Shown piece after piece: positions 40,951 to 51,200 of a DNA stretch of 64,000 bases. Below the pieces are notes generated by a model. The model saw only the letters and a program-made list of their open reading frames with translations, did no database searches and was not told the DNA's origin. The DNA comes from an uncultured delta proteobacterium (lineage in GTDB: Bacteria > Desulfobacterota > Desulfuromonadia > Desulfuromonadales > BM103), in the NCBI GenBank assembly GCA_963715335.1, contig CAVQRZ010000001.1, positions 160,001 to 224,000 on the forward strand, given 5' to 3'. Both the position numbers and the translations under genes were made by a program. Position 1 is the stretch's first letter. Each line of letters starts with the position of its first letter.

Positions 40951-42213
40951 CTATGCCATATCGGCAGCGCGCAGGGCCTCCAGCATACCGCCCGGGGAGG
41001 CCGGCACAGCGCAACCCTCCCAGGCAAAATAGTCCCGCAGGATCTCCTCGGATTCACTGCGCTCGAATGCCGAATCACACAACAGGTGAATCAGCCGCAG
41101 AGACCTGAAACCATCAAACCAGACATGGAACGCCTGCTGAAGCTGAGTGCGGAGCGGGTGTGTCTTCTGCATTCCCGGCCAGACAGATCGCCAGTCGAGT
41201 TGATCGAGATAGCTTGCCAGAACAGGCGAGAGCTCTGTCGCGAGGGATAAAACCTGTTCGGCATCGACCGAAAGGTTGTTTTCAACGATTTTCAACCAGT
41301 CGGACAGGATGCGAAAAACGGCTGCCGGATAGAAGAGGACACCCTTCCTGTCGCCAGCGAGAAGCCGGGCCATGCTGCGCCCGGTGCCGAAAGGGACCCG
41401 TTGCGAAACCCGCGGTTCCGGGTAAACGATCGTTCCGGAGAGCAGGTCGACCCCGTCCGTCTTGGCCAGCTTTTGCAGAAAATAAAAGTCCTCGCCGGCC
41501 TTGCGGCTGTTCATCCCCCCGCAGCGGACGTAGGCGGAAGCCCGACAGGCCATGGCACTGCCAACCGCATTGAAGGCGTACGGTGACCCGGCCAGGCGCA
41601 AGCCGTATACATAGCTGCGCAGAAAAAGCTCGTAGCGATCTATCGCGGCCTGCTGGTCAAAGCCGACCCCCGGCTGGTGCCGGTACGGCAGCACCGCAGC
41701 CCCTTTGGATGACAGGAGAAAATGCCGGTCGATAGTCTGCAGGTAGTTATCTTCTACCAGGGTATCGGCATCAAGTGCGACCAGCAGGGGGTCTCCGGAC
41801 CAGTCCAGAGACTGCAAAGCCAAATCCATGCCGAGTTTCCGGGCGAATCCGACTCCCGCCAGAGGGGCAGGCACCTCCAGGCCCGGGCTGGCCGCATCGA
41901 TCCAGGCAAGGTTGAGGGCCGACCTATGCGCATAATCATGCAATCGTGCAAGGTCGATTTCATTCTGCAACCGGCATTGCCTATCTGCCTGTTCGCCATG
42001 GTTACAGACAACCAGGATCTGAAACCGGTTCGTCCATTCAGGAGGATTGTCGGACAGGCTGCGCAGGGTCGCGAAGAGACGATCACCTTCGGCGAGAGAC
42101 GGAATCACTATCGCGCCACGGAAATCAGACCGAGCTTCCCCGGAAAGCCGCCATGGCCCCTTGACGCCGTTTCTGTTCAGGTAACGTTGTGCTGCAACAG
42201 GTGGTCCGGTCAT
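40951..42213 (-). CDS. GT-A fold glycosyltransferase (family 2-like)
   Basis: 'IVIPSLAE', 'GVGFARKLGMD', DxD 'LDADT' and 'GGMNSRKAGEDFYFLQK'. Confidence 0.8.
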   Translation of the reverse strand: MTGPPVAAQRYLNRNGVKGPWRLSGEARSDFRGAIVIPSLAEGDRLFATLRSLSDNPPEWTNRFQILVVCNHGEQADRQCRLQNEIDLARLHDYAHRSALNLAWIDAASPGLEVPAPLAGVGFARKLGMDLALQSLDWSGDPLLVALDADTLVEDNYLQTIDRHFLLSSKGAAVLPYRHQPGVGFDQQAAIDRYELFLRSYVYGLRLAGSPYAFNAVGSAMACRASAYVRCGGMNSRKAGEDFYFLQKLAKTDGVDLLSGTIVYPEPRVSQRVPFGTGRSMARLLAGDRKGVLFYPAAVFRILSDWLKIVENNLSVDAEQVLSLATELSPVLASYLDQLDWRSVWPGMQKTHPLRTQLQQAFHVWFDGFRSLRLIHLLCDSAFERSESEEILRDYFAWEGCAVPASPGGMLEALRAADMA

Positions 42214-43109
42214 CTCTTCACATCCTGACAGGCGACCAGAAGTTCCTTGACGGGGTCCTTTTCCGCGTCAAGCCAACGGATATCAACCCCCTGTCGCTGC
42301 ATGCGCCGAAACCAGGTCTCCTGGCGTTTGGCAAACTGGTGGATGGCACTGTTGAGTTTCTGGAAAAGATCGTTGCGATTGAACATGCCCTGCAGATACT
42401 GGGCGACAAAGCGATATTCGAGCCCGAAATAATCGAGGGTCTCCCAGGAGACTCCTGCCGCGCGCAAGCCTTCGACCTCTTCGATCATGCCGTGGTCGAG
42501 ACGCTCGCGCAGTCTCTGGGTGATCCTCTGCCGCAAAACGTCTCTCTGCCAGCGCAAGCCGAACACCCGCGGGGACATGTCCGGCAAAACAATCGGCCCC
42601 AACACAGGCTGTTGTTCAGCTTCAGCAATCTCGATTGCCCTGGTCAGCCGTTCACGATCAGTCAGGTCGGTTGTGTTGTGCAGATCAGGACGCAGCCTGC
42701 GCAGGCGTGCTACCAGAGAGGCAACCTCCAACTTTTCCAGCTCATGGCGCAAAGGCTGATTTTCGTCGACTTTGACCAGTTCATAGCCACGCAGGATGGC
42801 ATCGAGATAGAGGCCCGTTCCTCCTGCCAGGACCGGCAGACGGTCGCGGCTGACGACTTTTTCGTATGCACTTTTGAACTCCTGGACAAAGTTGAACAGG
42901 CTGAATTCGCAACCGGGGGCGACAAGATCAATGAGATGATATGGCGTTGCGCCGTATTCCGCCAGATCTTTGCCGCTGCCGATGTCCAGCCCGCGGTAAA
43001 CCTGCCGTGAATCCGCCGAGAGGATTTCACCGTTAAGGTGACGGGCGGCCTGTACGGCCAGATGGGTCTTACCCGAGGCCGTTGGCCCGAGGATAACCAG
43101 AAGGTTCAT
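42210..43109 (-). CDS. miaA: tRNA dimethylallyltransferase
   Basis: 'GPTASGKT', 'SADSRQVYRGLDIGSGK', 'GGTGLY' and 'FAKRQETWFR'. The 'GLEY' variant suggests a second-paralog type. Confidence 0.93.
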   Translation of the reverse strand: MNLLVILGPTASGKTHLAVQAARHLNGEILSADSRQVYRGLDIGSGKDLAEYGATPYHLIDLVAPGCEFSLFNFVQEFKSAYEKVVSRDRLPVLAGGTGLYLDAILRGYELVKVDENQPLRHELEKLEVASLVARLRRLRPDLHNTTDLTDRERLTRAIEIAEAEQQPVLGPIVLPDMSPRVFGLRWQRDVLRQRITQRLRERLDHGMIEEVEGLRAAGVSWETLDYFGLEYRFVAQYLQGMFNRNDLFQKLNSAIHQFAKRQETWFRRMQRQGVDIRWLDAEKDPVKELLVACQDVKR

Positions 43110-43276
43110 GACCAGAAAACTTCCTCCGGGGTGATGATAAAAGTCCGACAAGTCGAAGTATCGTTATAACCGGATCGCAGCGTCATGACAACGCGTATTC
43201 CTGGCAAGCTTTCCTCCCGACGGGAAATCTGTTATACAGTGGTGAGCTTATGCTCCCATGACTGATCGAATCAAGA

Positions 43277-44572
43277 ATGCCCCGGAACCAGATGCCTATT
43301 TCCTCACCAGCCCCGAAGGCAGAACCCGATACAGCAAGGGTACTGTCCCGTTCAGAGCACAAAATTTCCCGTCGCCGGATCGACGAGAACACCCTCAAGG
43401 TGCTCTACCGGTTACACCACCACGGCTATAAGGCCTGCCTGGTTGGCGGCAGCGTCCGGGATCTGCTGTTGGACAGGACTCCCAAGGACTTCGACATCGG
43501 CACCGATGCAACGCCGCAACAGGTCAAGCAACTCTTTCGCAACTGTTTTCTGGTCGGACGCAGGTTCCGGCTCGCCCATATCAGGTTCGGTCGTGACCAG
43601 GTCATAGAGGTGGCAACTTTTCGCCGTCATCCCAAACCTGATGAATTCCCGGAGGATCCAGAAGAACACGGGTTTTTCATGCAGAACCAGTTCGGCACCC
43701 CCAGGGAGGACGCCTTCCGCCGCGACTTTACCATCAATGCCCTGTTTTACGACATCGCCGACTTTTCAATCATAGACCATGTCGGCGGGCTCGACGATCT
43801 TGAGAAACGCCAGCTTCGCGTGATCGGTGACCCAAAGATCCGATTCGAGGAAGATCCGGTGCGCATGTTGCGCGCGCTCGAGTTCAGCGCCCGTCTCGAT
43901 TTTTCCCTCGACGACAGCACTCTCGCGGCGATCACCGCGCAAGCCCCGCTGATTGTCGAAGCGGCAACGGCCAGAATCCGCGAGGAGCTTCTGGAACTTT
44001 TCCGTCACGGCGTCGGCGCAGAGGTCTTGCAAAAGGCCCAATCGCTCGAACTGATGCAGCCGATGATGGGTGGCTACGCACCCGGGGGAACGACCTTCAA
44101 ACTCCTGATGGAGCTTAACCGGTATTTTCGGAAGCTCGGCAAGGTCGATGAGGCAATGCTCCTCGCCGCACTTTTTATCGATCATTTCTGGCAGAAATGC
44201 CCTGTCAAAGCATCCCTTCCGATCAACGAGATCGTGCAGTCTGCCGGACATCTGTTGACTCCCTATTGCAGCCATTTCCACCTGGCCCATGGTCTGCGCC
44301 ACCAGGCTCGCGAGTTGCTGGCTGGATGCTACCGCTTTGCCCGCGGACCGGGCCATCGCGGCCAGAAACGCTTCCTGCACAACCCCGGCACCCCCCTCGC
44401 CCTGGAAATGTTTCGCCTCTGGACAGAGGCCAGCAACGGTGACAGGGAGCTGTTGAAAACCTGGCAAAAGGCGCTGCATTCACCTGAAGAAGGAGCCCAC
44501 CAACCGCCCAGTGACGCAACCCGGCGCACCCGCCGGCGACCGCGCCGGCGACGTCATGGCAAACCGGCATAA
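43277..44572 (+). CDS. pcnB: Poly(A) polymerase I
   Basis: 'LVGGSVRDLLL..PKDFDI', PAP signature 'LVGRRFRLAHIRF', 'RRDFTINAL', 'EDPVRMLRA' and an Arg-rich tail. Confidence 0.92.
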   Translation: MPRNQMPISSPAPKAEPDTARVLSRSEHKISRRRIDENTLKVLYRLHHHGYKACLVGGSVRDLLLDRTPKDFDIGTDATPQQVKQLFRNCFLVGRRFRLAHIRFGRDQVIEVATFRRHPKPDEFPEDPEEHGFFMQNQFGTPREDAFRRDFTINALFYDIADFSIIDHVGGLDDLEKRQLRVIGDPKIRFEEDPVRMLRALEFSARLDFSLDDSTLAAITAQAPLIVEAATARIREELLELFRHGVGAEVLQKAQSLELMQPMMGGYAPGGTTFKLLMELNRYFRKLGKVDEAMLLAALFIDHFWQKCPVKASLPINEIVQSAGHLLTPYCSHFHLAHGLRHQARELLAGCYRFARGPGHRGQKRFLHNPGTPLALEMFRLWTEASNGDRELLKTWQKALHSPEEGAHQPPSDATRRTRRRPRRRRHGKPA

Positions 44573-44580
44573 CTCCACCC

Positions 44581-46494
44581 CTAGATCTTTTTCAGTAATT
44601 GTTTCAGATAGGCCTGCTCGGATTCATTTAACGGTCGATCTCTGAACACTGCCCCCTGGTATACCTTTGCAAACTCCCGACACCGATCATCATCAAGCCG
44701 CTCGCCGAGTTCGGTCAGCCCGCTGGCAGGGGAAACCGCAGCGTTCCCGTAACGTTTGCGGACCCGGGCCCTGAAGCCTTCCAGCAGACGCGCCTCAGGA
44801 GAGAGCCGCTGCCTTCGTCGCAGCAGCATCCCTGCAATCAGGCAGGGGACCAACCCGACCATCCAGAGAGATCGTTTGATCTCGAATTTTCCTGCCCGGA
44901 TGCCGCGGAACTTCTCGCGGGTTTCATTAAAGGCCTCCATCTGGCGGGCAAAATCAAAGAGCAGAACAGTCTGCACCCAACGGTAGTTGAGACTGTCTAT
45001 CAACTTCTGCAGCGCCCCCAGGCTGGCCGCCCCACGGTTATTCAGAGCACTGGAAGCGTTGATCGCCCACTGGCTCGGGTCGATGCGGACCCAAAGGTTA
45101 TCCTCGGTCAGGACTTCGACCCAGACATGGGCCGTGTCTTCGGTCACCAGGAAATATCCGCCAAGAGGATTGTATTCCCCGCCATAATACCCCCCGATCA
45201 GGCGGGACGGTATTCCTGCCAGCCGGGCAAGAGTGACGTAAGCCGAGGCAAAAAACTCGCAGTAGCCGCGCTTCTTGTCGAACAGGAATTCATCGATCGG
45301 GTCCGGCCCCCCGGGCAGATCATCCTGGGCATAACTGAGCTGCTGATTGCGAAAGAAGTCGGCCAGGGCGTCCCGCCGGCCCCGTTCACTGGTCGCGCCG
45401 TTTATGATCCCCGTCGCGACCTGCCGCACACGTTCGGAAATCTGTGCCGGCAGCGTCAGGTAAAAACCACGATTGACCTCGCCCAGGACCTTGAGATCAG
45501 CACCGGGGTGACTGGTTTGTTCAAGCCGGTAGGGATGGTCAAGCGCTGACTTGGATACAAACACATAATCGTCATCGCTCGAATTTCGCGGACCGGAGAC
45601 CCGGGATGGCCGATCCAGGGTGATCAGGTAACGATCGGACCTCGCTTCCGGATAGATCGTCACTGTGACCACTCGCTCGCTGCCGATAATTTTGGCTTTC
45701 TCTTTCGGCGGTTGGGCGCGAACCCAGGTGCTCCCTTCTGGTTGGTTAAGCACCAGCGCCCGCCAGTAGAGATCGTCAGGAGCTATATTTTCGACCTCCG
45801 CACGGAAGGCAAGGTTCTTGTTTGCCGAGATCCGGGCATAGGCGCCAGGTTGCACACTTTCCGCCAGGCCGACGTTGGCGCTGCCACCCGGGTTGAGGAA
45901 ACTCCAGAGCGGGAGACGGGTGCGCGGCAGAATGAAAAAGAAGATCAGCATGAGGAGCAGGGAGACGACAGGCATTATCAGGCTGACCTTGAGCAGCTTG
46001 TAAAGATCTGCCCGGGGCAAGGCCAGGCGCTTGTCAGTTACGAATACAGTCAGCAGAACCAGGCCGAGGGTGACGCTGAAGATCATCAGCACCAGATAAG
46101 TCAGGAAGCTGAAGCCAAGGCCGAGGTCCAGACTGATCAATGATGACCCGGCAAGGATGAAGAGTGCCAGAACAAAGATCTGCAGGTAATCGCGGGCTTC
46201 TTTTGGTGTCAGCAGGCGAATGACCAGCAGAAGAATCATGGCCTGGGCAACCGGTGTCGCCACGTCGGCCCTGGTGATCTGAATCCCGTAAAACACGATT
46301 CCGGAAACGGCAGCCAGCGTTGCCGTCAAGGTGTTGAGCGGATATCTTTCGTGACGATCGCACCAGATCCCACCGAGGACGCCGATCACAGCAACCCCGA
46401 TCACAAAAGGAGACAGATATGGCAGCACTGGCGCCAGGGCAAGGCTGGCGACGATACTGCCGAGCAGATTCAGCAGTGTTTTAATCCGTACCAT
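44581..46494 (-). CDS. Transglutaminase TgpA-like membrane protein (DUF3488 + TGase)
   Basis: N-terminal TM region and catalytic motifs 'GYCEFFAS', 'AHVWVE' and 'IDPS'. Confidence 0.88.
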   Translation of the reverse strand: MVRIKTLLNLLGSIVASLALAPVLPYLSPFVIGVAVIGVLGGIWCDRHERYPLNTLTATLAAVSGIVFYGIQITRADVATPVAQAMILLLVIRLLTPKEARDYLQIFVLALFILAGSSLISLDLGLGFSFLTYLVLMIFSVTLGLVLLTVFVTDKRLALPRADLYKLLKVSLIMPVVSLLLMLIFFFILPRTRLPLWSFLNPGGSANVGLAESVQPGAYARISANKNLAFRAEVENIAPDDLYWRALVLNQPEGSTWVRAQPPKEKAKIIGSERVVTVTIYPEARSDRYLITLDRPSRVSGPRNSSDDDYVFVSKSALDHPYRLEQTSHPGADLKVLGEVNRGFYLTLPAQISERVRQVATGIINGATSERGRRDALADFFRNQQLSYAQDDLPGGPDPIDEFLFDKKRGYCEFFASAYVTLARLAGIPSRLIGGYYGGEYNPLGGYFLVTEDTAHVWVEVLTEDNLWVRIDPSQWAINASSALNNRGAASLGALQKLIDSLNYRWVQTVLLFDFARQMEAFNETREKFRGIRAGKFEIKRSLWMVGLVPCLIAGMLLRRRQRLSPEARLLEGFRARVRKRYGNAAVSPASGLTELGERLDDDRCREFAKVYQGAVFRDRPLNESEQAYLKQLLKKI

Positions 46495-47347
46495 GGAGAG
46501 CCAGCACCTTGAGAAGGATGAGTTTGTGTTGTCGGGTAGCGCCGGGAGGGATCTCAATCGCTCCCGACTTGAGGCCGACCGGCCGGCCGGAACGCAGCAG
46601 GCGGGTGACCAGGTAGGCGCAATGGCTTAATCTCTGCTCGAGACCCGTTCCCGGAATCGCGTCCAGATCGATGGTAACCGGGGTGTGTGAGGCGGAGGAG
46701 AGCTCCTTGACCTTGAGACGATTGTGCCGCGCCGAGAGCTTCCAGTGAATCAGCTTGAGCGGTTCGCCGCCGCGGTAATCGCTGATGTGGCTGACGTCGC
46801 CCTCCTGCCCCTTCATCCAGTGCGCATGGGCCCCGCGCATGCCGCCGGGGTCTGGCCGCTGTACGTCATTGCAGGGCAGGGGTCTGGGGAAGACCGTAAC
46901 CTGCCGATCGATCGGGATGACCAGGCTGCGGATAAAAAAATTGATCGGGAACCGCGACCTGACGGTTGCCGTTTCCAGCTGCTTCTGCCCGCGACCGTTC
47001 AGGACGGCTTCAAGACATTTGCTCTTCGATTGCCCGGGATCAACCAGCGGGAAGAGCACGGCCTGTTCGCCGAGTGCGACCTCCATCAGGAAGACCGGCA
47101 GCCAGCGCCGGTTGTTCTCCAGGTTGATGCTGAACAGGGTGGGCAGGCCGTCGTAGACCTCATCGGGAGGGGTGCAGCTGATCGTAATCTTCGACAGGTT
47201 CCACTTGCCGAGAATTCCCGAAATAGCCATGAATCCGAGCAAGGCGGAGACCAGCAGGTAGATCAGGTTGTTACCGGTATTAACCGCGGCAAAACCGAGC
47301 AACAGGGTGATAACAATATAAAGGACCCCGGCCCGGGTCAGCTTCAG
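46481..47347 (-). CDS. DUF58 protein
   Basis: 'AAVNTGNNLIYLL' and 'DYRGGEPLKLIHWKLSAR'. The start is uncertain and may be a CTG overlapping the moxR stop. Confidence 0.85.
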   Translation of the reverse strand: MKLTRAGVLYIVITLLLGFAAVNTGNNLIYLLVSALLGFMAISGILGKWNLSKITISCTPPDEVYDGLPTLFSINLENNRRWLPVFLMEVALGEQAVLFPLVDPGQSKSKCLEAVLNGRGQKQLETATVRSRFPINFFIRSLVIPIDRQVTVFPRPLPCNDVQRPDPGGMRGAHAHWMKGQEGDVSHISDYRGGEPLKLIHWKLSARHNRLKVKELSSASHTPVTIDLDAIPGTGLEQRLSHCAYLVTRLLRSGRPVGLKSGAIEIPPGATRQHKLILLKVLALHGTD

Positions 47348-48285
47348 GCCAAAGGAACCGGCACTTCGTCGAGCAGCGATTGCAGTAACTCCTTGCGGTC
47401 CAGGGTTTCGTTCTCCGGATACATGATCAGGCGGTGAGCGCAAACCGGCACGAAGAGCGACTTGACATCCTCGGGGAGGACATGGTTCCGGCCAGCCAGA
47501 AAGGCATGGCTGCGCGCTGTTTCTGCCAGGTTGATGCCGCCGCGGGTCGACACTCCCGCGAGCAGCATCGGATGCTCACGGGTTGTCCTGATCAGCAGAT
47601 AGATATATTCCGTGATCTTCTCGGATAACTGGACTGTGCTGCGGATCGCCTCGCGCGCCCGCAACAGTTCGTCGATCGACAACAGAGGTTTTATCTCCCG
47701 GATCCCCTCCCTGATGCTGCCAGTCTGGATAATCTTCTTTTCCATCGCTTCCGGCGGATAACCGATTCCCGTGGTAATCAGAAAGCGGTCGAGCTGTGAT
47801 TCCGGCAACGGGTAGGTGCCGACCTGCTCGACCGGGTTCTGCGTGGCAATCACCATGAACGGGTCGGGCAGCCGGTAGGTTTTCCCTTCAATCGTCACCC
47901 TGTGCTCTTCCATCGCTTCGAGCAGGGCGCTCTGGGTCTTTGGCATCGCCCGGTTGATTTCGTCGGCCAGCACCAGGTTGTTGAAAACCGGTCCTTCCAT
48001 GAAATTGAACTGGTTATTGTTGCGGTCATAAATCGAAAGGCCGGTGATATCCGATGGCAGCAGGTCACTGGTACACTGGATGCGCCCGAAAGAGAGTCCC
48101 AGGGCGTGGGCCAGGGCCAGGGCCAGAGTCGTTTTGCCAAGCCCCGGAATATCCTCGAGGAGCAGGTGCCCCCCCGAAAGCAACGTCATCATGGCCAGCT
48201 TCAGGGCCTTGACTTTGCCCTTGAGATAGCGATCGGCAAGGGTATCGATAACATTCAGAATTGGCTGGCGCGGATCATTCGACAT
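47344..48285 (-). CDS. MoxR-family AAA+ ATPase
   Basis: 'LLEDIPGLGKT', 'RIQCTSDLLPSDITG', 'LADEINRA' and 'ATQNP..GTYPLPESQLDRF'. Confidence 0.94.
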   Translation of the reverse strand: MSNDPRQPILNVIDTLADRYLKGKVKALKLAMMTLLSGGHLLLEDIPGLGKTTLALALAHALGLSFGRIQCTSDLLPSDITGLSIYDRNNNQFNFMEGPVFNNLVLADEINRAMPKTQSALLEAMEEHRVTIEGKTYRLPDPFMVIATQNPVEQVGTYPLPESQLDRFLITTGIGYPPEAMEKKIIQTGSIREGIREIKPLLSIDELLRAREAIRSTVQLSEKITEYIYLLIRTTREHPMLLAGVSTRGGINLAETARSHAFLAGRNHVLPEDVKSLFVPVCAHRLIMYPENETLDRKELLQSLLDEVPVPLA

Positions 48286-48312
48286 GGGAGATTCAGCTCC
48301 TTGAGTTTCATT

Positions 48313-51030
48313 TTAACCAGGCATGTATCGCCGGCGAAGATATTTGAAGGCTTCCATGATCACCAGCAGAGAACCGGCCAGTGCCAACAGACTGAGCCAG
48401 GTGTCGAAACTGACCGGCGCAACACCGAGGACTCTCTGCATGAATGGCCATTGCATGGCCAGCACGTGCACGCCCTGGGCAACCAGCACCCCGCCGATCA
48501 ACAGCAGATTGCGCTTCAGCGGAACGCGGAAAGCCGAAACCCGCTCAGACCTGCAATTGAAAACGTGGACGTTTTCCAGCAACACCATCAATAGTAGCAC
48601 AAAGTTACGTGCCTCATGCACCCCCATCTCCTGAGCGAGCAGCCACGCCCAGGTAAAAAAGGCCAGCGTGCCCATGGCCAGACCCGAAACAATGGTTTGT
48701 GTCACCATCAATCGGTTAAACAGACCTTCATCGGTCGGTCGGGGCGGACGCGACATAACCCCCGGCTCTCCGCCTTCAAAGGCAAGGGCGACATCCTGTA
48801 TGCCGTTGGTCACAAGGTTCAGCCAGAGCAGCTGTACCGCCCCGAGGGGCAGCGGCAAACCTGACACCAGGGCCAGGCTGAACAGTACGATTTCAGCGCC
48901 GCCGGTCGATATCAGCAGATAGACAACCTTGCGGATGTTGTCATAGGCGAACCGGCCTTCTTCGATACCGGCCACCAGGGAGGCAAAATTGTCATCGGCG
49001 ACGATAATCGATGCCGTCTCCTTGGCCACATCGGTGCCGGTCCCCATGGCGACGCCGATGTGAGCTTTGCGTAGTGCCGGGGCATCATTCACACCATCAC
49101 CGGTGACCGCGGTGAAATGCCCCTGACGATTCAGGGCCTCGACGATCGTCAGTTTCTGCAGCGGTGTGACCCGGGCGAAGACGCTGATCCGGTTAAAATC
49201 GTCCTGCCATCCTGGACTATCCAGATCGATCGATTCGAGCTGTTTGCCGGTCAGCATATCCGCTTCACTCGCGGCCAGTTCAAGCTCCCGGGCGATACCG
49301 AGAGCTGTGGCCGGATGATCGCCAGTCACCATGACCACGCGAACTCCGGCCCGGCGACATGTGTCAATCGCGTCCCGAACATCGTGGCGCAGCGGATCAA
49401 TAAAAGCAACCAGGCCAAGCAGGGTCAGGGGCGGCAGATGCTCGGGCACTGACAGTGGCTGGTCCGCCACGCTCGCCAGGGGACCTTTGGCAATCGCCAG
49501 GACCCGGTAGCCTTCACATCCCAGGCGCAGGGTCTCTGCTTCGACCTCCAGGGGATCGATCGGCACCGGCCCATCAGCTCCGGCCACCGTATCGCAAAAA
49601 TCGACAACCTGTTCGACCGCTCCCTTGACGATGCAGGAGGCGTCTTCGCCATGGACGAAACGCGCAGCGTAGCGTTGCTCAGATTCGAAGGGAATCTCCC
49701 CCAGCACGACGTGACGATCGGTTTCCGCTTCGGGATCAAGGCCGAGCTTGTGGGCCAGGGCCAGCAAGGCCACGTCCACGGCATCGCCCTGATGCAGCCA
49801 CTCGCCGAAAACAAAGCGCAATGAGGCCTCATTGCACAGGATTCCGGCCAGTGCCAGTTCGCGCAGGCGGTCCAACTCCAGGGGCTCCGGCATAGAGCCA
49901 TCAGCACGGGTAATCTCCCCCGCCCCGGCATAGCCCTCACCGCTGACCCGGTAGGAGCCCACTTCAGGCAGCCAGACCTGGCGGACAGTCTGACGGTTCA
50001 CCGTCAAGGTGCCGGTTTTGTCACTGGCGATACAGGTACAGCTCCCCAGCCCTTCAACAGCCGTCAGCTTGCGGACAATGACGTTGCGGCGAGCCATCCT
50101 GGTGGTCGCAATCGACAGGGCGACGGTCATCGCCACCGGCAACCCCTCCGGGATTGCCGAGACCGCCAGGGCGACGGCCATCAGGAAGACTTCATCGAAT
50201 GGCGTGCCCTGCCAGAAAGCAGCAATGGCGAGCAAAACCACGAAGCTGACCACGAGGTAACTGACCTGGCGGGCGAACTGCTCCATGCGAATCACCAGCG
50301 GCGGTTTGGCCACTGCCGTGGTGGCAACCGCGGTCGCTATCGAACCGATCTCGGTCCATTGTGCCGTCGCAACCACGACGCCGAGCCCCCGCCCCCGGGT
50401 AACGCTGGTGCCGGCAAAGGCAAGATTGCCACGCTCACTCACAGGCGTTGCCGCGGGACAAACTCCAGACTGCTTGACGACCGCTTGGGATTCTCCCGTC
50501 AGCAGAGATTCATCAACGGACAGGCTGTGGATATCCAGCAGACGCACGTCAGCCGGGATCCGGTCCCCCGACTCCAGGACAACGATATCTCCCGGAACCA
50601 GGTTCTCCGCATGAAGGTCCTGGACATGGTTGTCACGCCTGACTCGACAGGAGATTTTCAGAAGTTGCTGAAGTGCCGCTGCGCTACGCTCAGCTTTCCA
50701 TTCCTGGAAAGTCCCCAGCATGGAGTTCAACAGGATCACGGCAAAGATAAATCCGGCATCCGTCCATTCACCGATGGCCATAGAGACCAGGCCGGCGGCA
50801 ATCAGGATGTAAATCAACGGGCTGAGAAACTGGTGAACAAAGATGGTGGCAAGACCGGGCGGCGGCTTGCCCGGCAGCAGGTTGGGCCCGTATCGATCAA
50901 GTCGGACGACCGCCTCGCTGTTGGTCAGACCCTGCCGGCAACTTCGCGTCCTGGCAAGAACCTCGGCATCTTTCAAAGCATGCCAGGAAACGTTCGAGGA
51001 GGTGGCCTTGGCCACGTTCCTGGTCATCAT
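48313..51030 (-). CDS. Cation-transporting P-type ATPase (P2A/Ca2+-type)
   Basis: 'LTGES', 'IPEGLP', phosphorylation site 'DKTGT', 'TGDH', 'GDGVNDAP' and 'QLLWLNLVT'. Start is approximate. Confidence 0.93.
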   Translation of the reverse strand: MMTRNVAKATSSNVSWHALKDAEVLARTRSCRQGLTNSEAVVRLDRYGPNLLPGKPPPGLATIFVHQFLSPLIYILIAAGLVSMAIGEWTDAGFIFAVILLNSMLGTFQEWKAERSAAALQQLLKISCRVRRDNHVQDLHAENLVPGDIVVLESGDRIPADVRLLDIHSLSVDESLLTGESQAVVKQSGVCPAATPVSERGNLAFAGTSVTRGRGLGVVVATAQWTEIGSIATAVATTAVAKPPLVIRMEQFARQVSYLVVSFVVLLAIAAFWQGTPFDEVFLMAVALAVSAIPEGLPVAMTVALSIATTRMARRNVIVRKLTAVEGLGSCTCIASDKTGTLTVNRQTVRQVWLPEVGSYRVSGEGYAGAGEITRADGSMPEPLELDRLRELALAGILCNEASLRFVFGEWLHQGDAVDVALLALAHKLGLDPEAETDRHVVLGEIPFESEQRYAARFVHGEDASCIVKGAVEQVVDFCDTVAGADGPVPIDPLEVEAETLRLGCEGYRVLAIAKGPLASVADQPLSVPEHLPPLTLLGLVAFIDPLRHDVRDAIDTCRRAGVRVVMVTGDHPATALGIARELELAASEADMLTGKQLESIDLDSPGWQDDFNRISVFARVTPLQKLTIVEALNRQGHFTAVTGDGVNDAPALRKAHIGVAMGTGTDVAKETASIIVADDNFASLVAGIEEGRFAYDNIRKVVYLLISTGGAEIVLFSLALVSGLPLPLGAVQLLWLNLVTNGIQDVALAFEGGEPGVMSRPPRPTDEGLFNRLMVTQTIVSGLAMGTLAFFTWAWLLAQEMGVHEARNFVLLLMVLLENVHVFNCRSERVSAFRVPLKRNLLLIGGVLVAQGVHVLAMQWPFMQRVLGVAPVSFDTWLSLLALAGSLLVIMEAFKYLRRRYMPG

Positions 51031-51200
51031 CTCCTCCCGGCGACCACAAAAACCCGATACGATCATTCGATCACTGAAACCCTTGCATCAAAATTATATC
51101 AGGTTGTACGGGACTTACTTGCAGGCAGAGCTTCAGCATAGTTGACGCACTTGTGGCGCTATGGTTAAATCCTATCGTTGAAAAAGGAGTTTTACACGTC

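Noticed and set aside
44581..48285. MoxR-DUF58-transglutaminase as novel
   Set aside because: This is a widespread, already described gene trio.
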